64,000 nt of DNA from NCBI GenBank assembly GCA_965209035.1, contig OZ242372.1, positions 1,408,001-1,472,000 of the forward strand. The letters run 5' to 3'. The notes beneath the pieces are model-generated. The model was not told where the DNA came from and ran no database searches. It was given only the letters and a program-made list of their open reading frames with translations. The stretch comes from Gammaproteobacteria bacterium (GTDB taxonomy: Bacteria; Pseudomonadota; Gammaproteobacteria; CBDBNL01; JAAOII01). This document shows positions 60,094 through 64,000 of the stretch, one piece after another; positions within the stretch are counted from its first letter, which is position 1, and the number at the start of each line of letters is the position of its first letter. Both the position numbers and the translations under genes were made by a program.

Positions 60094-61400
60094 AAGGCGG
60101 GCCCCAGGTTGTTGAGCATTGCGATGGTGACAGACCAGGCGGTGATATGGCTGCTGCCGCTAACCAGCAGCAACGACAGGACCACAAAGAAAACAAACAG
60201 GTAAACGGCGCAAAAACCCCAGACCGCATCCAGAACCCTGCCGGAAACACTGGTATTGGCAAGACGCACATTGAACATACCGTGAGGATGCACCACCCGC
60301 TTGCATTCGCGATAGCCTTGCTTGATGACCAAAAGAAACCGAATCGCCTTGATACCGCCGCCGGCGGAGCCGGCACAACAACCCACTATGGCAAAAGTGA
60401 ACAGAAAGAAAAGAAGCCCAAACGGAAAATTGTTGTAGTTTTGCAAGGTGAACCCTGTGGTGGTGACGATGGAGAGGCTTTGGAAGAGAACGGCGACGAG
60501 CGAGTCGTAGCCGGTGATGCGCGGCAGTGAAATTAGGACGCTAAAAGTGAGGAGGATAAAGATCCAGAGAGCAAAGAATTTCCATTCCGGGTCGGTGAAA
60601 TAGGGGCGCAGGCTCTTGCGCCGCCACACATAAAAGTGCAGGGAGAAATTCATCGCCGAAAGAAGCATAAAAAATATTGCCACCCATTGAATTTTGCTAT
60701 CGGTAAAATGCCCAAAGTTGTTATCATGCGGCGTAAAACCGCCGATGGACACCGTGGAAAAGCCGTAGTTGATCGCTTCAAAAACAGTCATTCCCGCCAA
60801 GCGATAGGCGAGGATGCAAAAAAGCGTCAAGATGATGTAGATCACCCAAAGGAACTTTGCCGTCTCCGTGATACGCGGTGTCAGTTTGGTATCTTTCACG
60901 GGACCGGGAATTTCGGTGCGGTAAAGTTGCATGCCGCCGACACCAAGCAAAGGCAAGATCGCAATTGCCAACAGGATAATCCCCATCCCGCCGATCCACT
61001 GTAAAAACTGGCGGTAAAAAAGAACGGACGGCGGCAAAACGGAAACCTTCTCATAAATGGTTGCGCCCGTGGTGGTGATACCGGACATGGCTTCAAACCA
61101 GGCATCGGTAAATGTGAGAGGGTGATCCAAAAACAAGAACGGCAGGGTCGCGCCGAGTGTTATGAACAGCCAAGAGGATATGGTAATGATAATGCTATCG
61201 CGCGGTTTGAGGTGGCGTGTTTCGCCGCCGGAGCATCCCCACAGTAATAATCCGACCAGGAGTATGACGAGCATTGCCTTAAAAAAAGCGAAATGGGCAC
61301 CGTCTTGAAAGTAAAAAGAAAACAACAGAGGCGCGGTCAGTGACAGACAAAACAAAGTTAAAAGAGTGCCGAGCACCCGGGCGACAAAACGCAGGGACAT
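59964..61400 (-). CDS. trkH: Trk potassium uptake permease
   Basis: FEAMSGITTTGA, QWIGGMG, STVSIGGF, TTTGF, GSAGGGIK, LNNLGPA, MLLGRLE. Confidence 0.95.
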   Translation of the reverse strand: MSLRFVARVLGTLLTLFCLSLTAPLLFSFYFQDGAHFAFFKAMLVILLVGLLLWGCSGGETRHLKPRDSIIITISSWLFITLGATLPFLFLDHPLTFTDAWFEAMSGITTTGATIYEKVSVLPPSVLFYRQFLQWIGGMGIILLAIAILPLLGVGGMQLYRTEIPGPVKDTKLTPRITETAKFLWVIYIILTLFCILAYRLAGMTVFEAINYGFSTVSIGGFTPHDNNFGHFTDSKIQWVAIFFMLLSAMNFSLHFYVWRRKSLRPYFTDPEWKFFALWIFILLTFSVLISLPRITGYDSLVAVLFQSLSIVTTTGFTLQNYNNFPFGLLFFLFTFAIVGCCAGSAGGGIKAIRFLLVIKQGYRECKRVVHPHGMFNVRLANTSVSGRVLDAVWGFCAVYLFVFFVVLSLLLVSGSSHITAWSVTIAMLNNLGPALGEAAHNYAEMSNPVKILLSFAMLLGRLEVFTFMVLLMPITWR

Positions 61401-61476
61401 TTATTGTTTGTGTAAGCGGGGGAGTGTTATTAAGTGATCAGTGATAAGCGCTAAGTCCTAAGTTCGAGGACGGAAT

Positions 61477-63132
61477 CTATACGGGCGGACGCAGAGAAAC
61501 GGGTTTCAAACCTTTTATGACAACTTCCGACTTGGTCACTCGGATATCCTCGGGGGACGGCGGATTCTCGTTGAAGTCATAGTAAACCTGCCATTGGCCG
61601 GCCTCGGCAAGACGGAAGTAATCGGCGGCGGCTTGCCGCGTCGCCCGTTGTTTTTTGGTGCCGCCGGCAAGTTTCTTTTTGCCGATGCGTTTGGCATACA
61701 GTCGCTTTGCCAGACGCGGCGAGTAAACCACGGCTGTGGCATTGTTTCCGCCAAATCCCTTGGCATTGATGAGCGCGGCTTCCGGGCATTCTTCCGCCAG
61801 CGGAAGATGTTGTAAAACAAACGCCAGACGGTCTTGGCTGACATCTTCGGCAAGTTGCTCCACTGTGACGATGCCCGGCAGAATGCCGTATCGCCAAACA
61901 CCCAACGCGACCGCCAGTTGATCGCCACCGGCGGCCGCTTGCGAATGACCGACAAAGGATTTGATGGCGACCACCTTCCAATCGGCAATGCCGAACGCGC
62001 CGGCTACGGCGGAAAAAATGCGCGATTCGGTCACCCTGTTTTGCGGTGTGGAAGTGCCGTGCGCGAGGATGTATGATTTCTTTTGCAGAATTTCGGCACC
62101 CTGTTCGGCCGCAAGAGCCGCCGCCGCTCTGCCGACCGTGATGTAATTGCCGGGACCGGGCGAAGAGATAGATCGCTTCACCCCATCCGCATGCACGAAG
62201 ACATCACCGACCATACCAAAAACTGTGGCGCCGGTTCGATGCACCGCTTCTTCGGATGCCAAAACAACGAACTGCGCCGATTCGCCCATCACAAATCCGT
62301 GGTTGTCGCCAAAAGGCATTGCCGCATGTGCCATCTTCCTGTCGCCCAGGGCGGAGTTGCCGATCATCGCGCCCATGTTGTAAAAGGCGGCGATGACCGA
62401 AGAAAGAATGGGGGCCTCGCTTGCCCCGACAAACGCCAAATCGGTCTCGCCCTGTTTGATGTCCGCGGCGGCCGCGGCCAGGTTATACAAAAAAGTGGCA
62501 CAGGCGCCGCAGTGGTTTCCGGTCCGTCCCACATTATTTAAGATATAAGCATTGACAAAGTCCGCGGCCATTTGCGGGTAACTAAAAGGCAAGTTTTTGG
62601 TAATTATTTTTTGCTTTCTCAGTTCCGCCGTCAGGACGCCGCCCATGCCCCGGTCATCCAACTGCCCGAGAGCACTGCCCGCATAAACCGAGATGCGTTC
62701 CGGCGCCACCGCTGCCCTTAGCGCTGCCGGTGTCAGTCCCGTAGAGTTGATGGCGTCGGCTGCGGCAAATACCGCCATTTGTAAGCCGCGCGGATGATGG
62801 CGAGAAGGATAATGGTCGCCCGGCTGAAAGCCGGCGGCCAAACCTGCGGCAAAACCTACCGGAAAGGGTTCGGGTTTGCCGTTCACCCGATAATAGGGGG
62901 CTGTGTTGGTATTAAAGTGCGTATCTTTGTGGATCGGCCGGATAAAACTGGCGGCGCGCACTTCCCGGCCATTGAGTTTCCCGCCGGTTAACGCGCTCAA
63001 AGAGGCAAGAAGTTTTTCTTGCTCGGCCGTGCCGAGGGCGGGGAATACCATATTGCGGTATCCTTGACAATTGGAAGAGATGCCCGCGGAATTCATACCG
63101 CCGTAACCGATAATGAGTGGAAGGTGTTTCAT
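61477..63132 (-). CDS. fabY: Beta-ketoacyl synthase, FabY type
   Basis: LPLIIGYGGMNSAG, HHPRGLQM, ADFVNAY.L, GACATFLYNL, AHGTSTPQNRVTES, GHS, KGFGGNNA. Confidence 0.85.
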   Translation of the reverse strand: MKHLPLIIGYGGMNSAGISSNCQGYRNMVFPALGTAEQEKLLASLSALTGGKLNGREVRAASFIRPIHKDTHFNTNTAPYYRVNGKPEPFPVGFAAGLAAGFQPGDHYPSRHHPRGLQMAVFAAADAINSTGLTPAALRAAVAPERISVYAGSALGQLDDRGMGGVLTAELRKQKIITKNLPFSYPQMAADFVNAYILNNVGRTGNHCGACATFLYNLAAAAADIKQGETDLAFVGASEAPILSSVIAAFYNMGAMIGNSALGDRKMAHAAMPFGDNHGFVMGESAQFVVLASEEAVHRTGATVFGMVGDVFVHADGVKRSISSPGPGNYITVGRAAAALAAEQGAEILQKKSYILAHGTSTPQNRVTESRIFSAVAGAFGIADWKVVAIKSFVGHSQAAAGGDQLAVALGVWRYGILPGIVTVEQLAEDVSQDRLAFVLQHLPLAEECPEAALINAKGFGGNNATAVVYSPRLAKRLYAKRIGKKKLAGGTKKQRATRQAAADYFRLAEAGQWQVYYDFNENPPSPEDIRVTKSEVVIKGLKPVSLRPPV

Positions 63133-63298
63133 TGGATATTGTTTTATTTTACCAAACTACAAACACTTTAAACACTTTGTTCGTGGCGGCATCTGCGGCG
63201 ACATCTGTGACGACTCTGCGCCGGTGCTTTTTCTCTCCCCGCCGGCCTTTGTTTTATTCTGCTTTGACGGCCCGCTTTGTCCTTTCTCTTTTACTTGC

Positions 63299-64000
63299 TT
63301 ACCGGCCTTGTGCCGAGAGGCCGCCCGGCATGCAGTTCAGGGCGGGGTATTGGCTGCTTGTGCCAAGATCCCAGACGCTTAAGAATCCGGCCGGCCGGGC
63401 ATCCACTTCCATCACTTCGCCCGTGTCCGGATCACACCAGATGCCTCCCCAGTTGGCATAGATGCTCCCGGCAAACTCGGTCGGCGATTGTAAGTCTGTC
63501 GTGCTATGACCCTCGCCCAAATTACCGGCACTCGTAGTCCGGTTGGTGGTTTCAGTATCCCAATAGGAGGCATTGACGAGAACAAGATCGAAGATAGAAC
63601 CGATCAAACCGCCCGAAGTACCGGAACTTGCAACTTGCCCGGGGGCGGCATAAGAATAACGAAGATCTGTTTGCGATGCCCCTGTCCCGATCAGTCCGCC
63701 AACATTATCATCCCCGGAAATAACTCCGCCGGACACATAGGCATAGCGAATAGTCCCTCCCGTTACTTCTCCAATCAGTCCGCCAACATCCTGACTCCCG
63801 GAAACAACTCCGTCGGACACATAGGCATAGCGAATATTCGGAGGTATTGCTCCCCCGATCAGTCCGCCAACATTCTGACTCCCGGAAATAACTCCGCCGG
63901 ACACAGTAGCATAGTGAATTTCAGAACCTCGACCCCGCCCAACCATGCCGCCAACCATGCCGCCAACGAAATCATCCCCGGAAACAACTCCGCCGGATAT
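63299..64000 (-). CDS. GLUG-repeat surface protein, C-terminal part (family member 4, 5' truncated by window)
   Basis: Frame open to the window end; 28-aa (84-bp) repeats IRYAYVS.GV.SG...VGGLIG; last ~50 aa near-identical to the 6568-8994 product. Confidence 0.82.
   Translation of the reverse strand: MSGGVVSGDDFVGGMVGGMVGRGRGSEIHYATVSGGVISGSQNVGGLIGGAIPPNIRYAYVSDGVVSGSQDVGGLIGEVTGGTIRYAYVSGGVISGDDNVGGLIGTGASQTDLRYSYAAPGQVASSGTSGGLIGSIFDLVLVNASYWDTETTNRTTSAGNLGEGHSTTDLQSPTEFAGSIYANWGGIWCDPDTGEVMEVDARPAGFLSVWDLGTSSQYPALNCMPGGLSAQGR

Noticed and set aside
59713-60530. Plus-strand ORFs MRRLALALGERLL...
   Set aside because: Antisense read-through of trkH and its duplicated 3' units

Overview
64 kb of a bacterial chromosome, most likely a gammaproteobacterium (petABC, ubiA, lolCD, FabY-type synthase, UPF0149). 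A host-associated marine lifestyle such as a sponge or invertebrate symbiont is inferred from many FN3/TSP3/GLUG/CARDB surface lipoproteins. Housekeeping genes: fumC, petABC, glnA, tRNA-Phe, FKBP PPIase, recJ, rppH, rnhB, ubiA, rnpB, argS, addB-like, lolC/D, gap, pyk, livHMGF, trkH and fabY. Accessory blocks: a tandem array of at least 4 small coiled-coil/TM paralogs; seven large surface proteins (six with a visible lipobox, one cut by the window end), including a mosaic FN3-TSP3-GLUG family; an IS1016-type element and two IS1595-family MITE-like elements; a steroid 5-alpha-reductase operon; a double restriction-modification island; a frameshifted sulfotransferase; and a 5-unit tandem amplification of the trkH 3' end. 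The most striking signals are a lipoprotein ending in an ephrin-like domain and a strong excess of eukaryote-type N-X-S/T sequons in the surface lipoproteins, which together suggest glycosylated host-mimicking surface proteins. Also notable are an RNase P RNA lacking P18, a candidate ~175-nt rod-shaped ncRNA and a dispersed intergenic motif. All family calls come from manual motif recognition; no database search was run.
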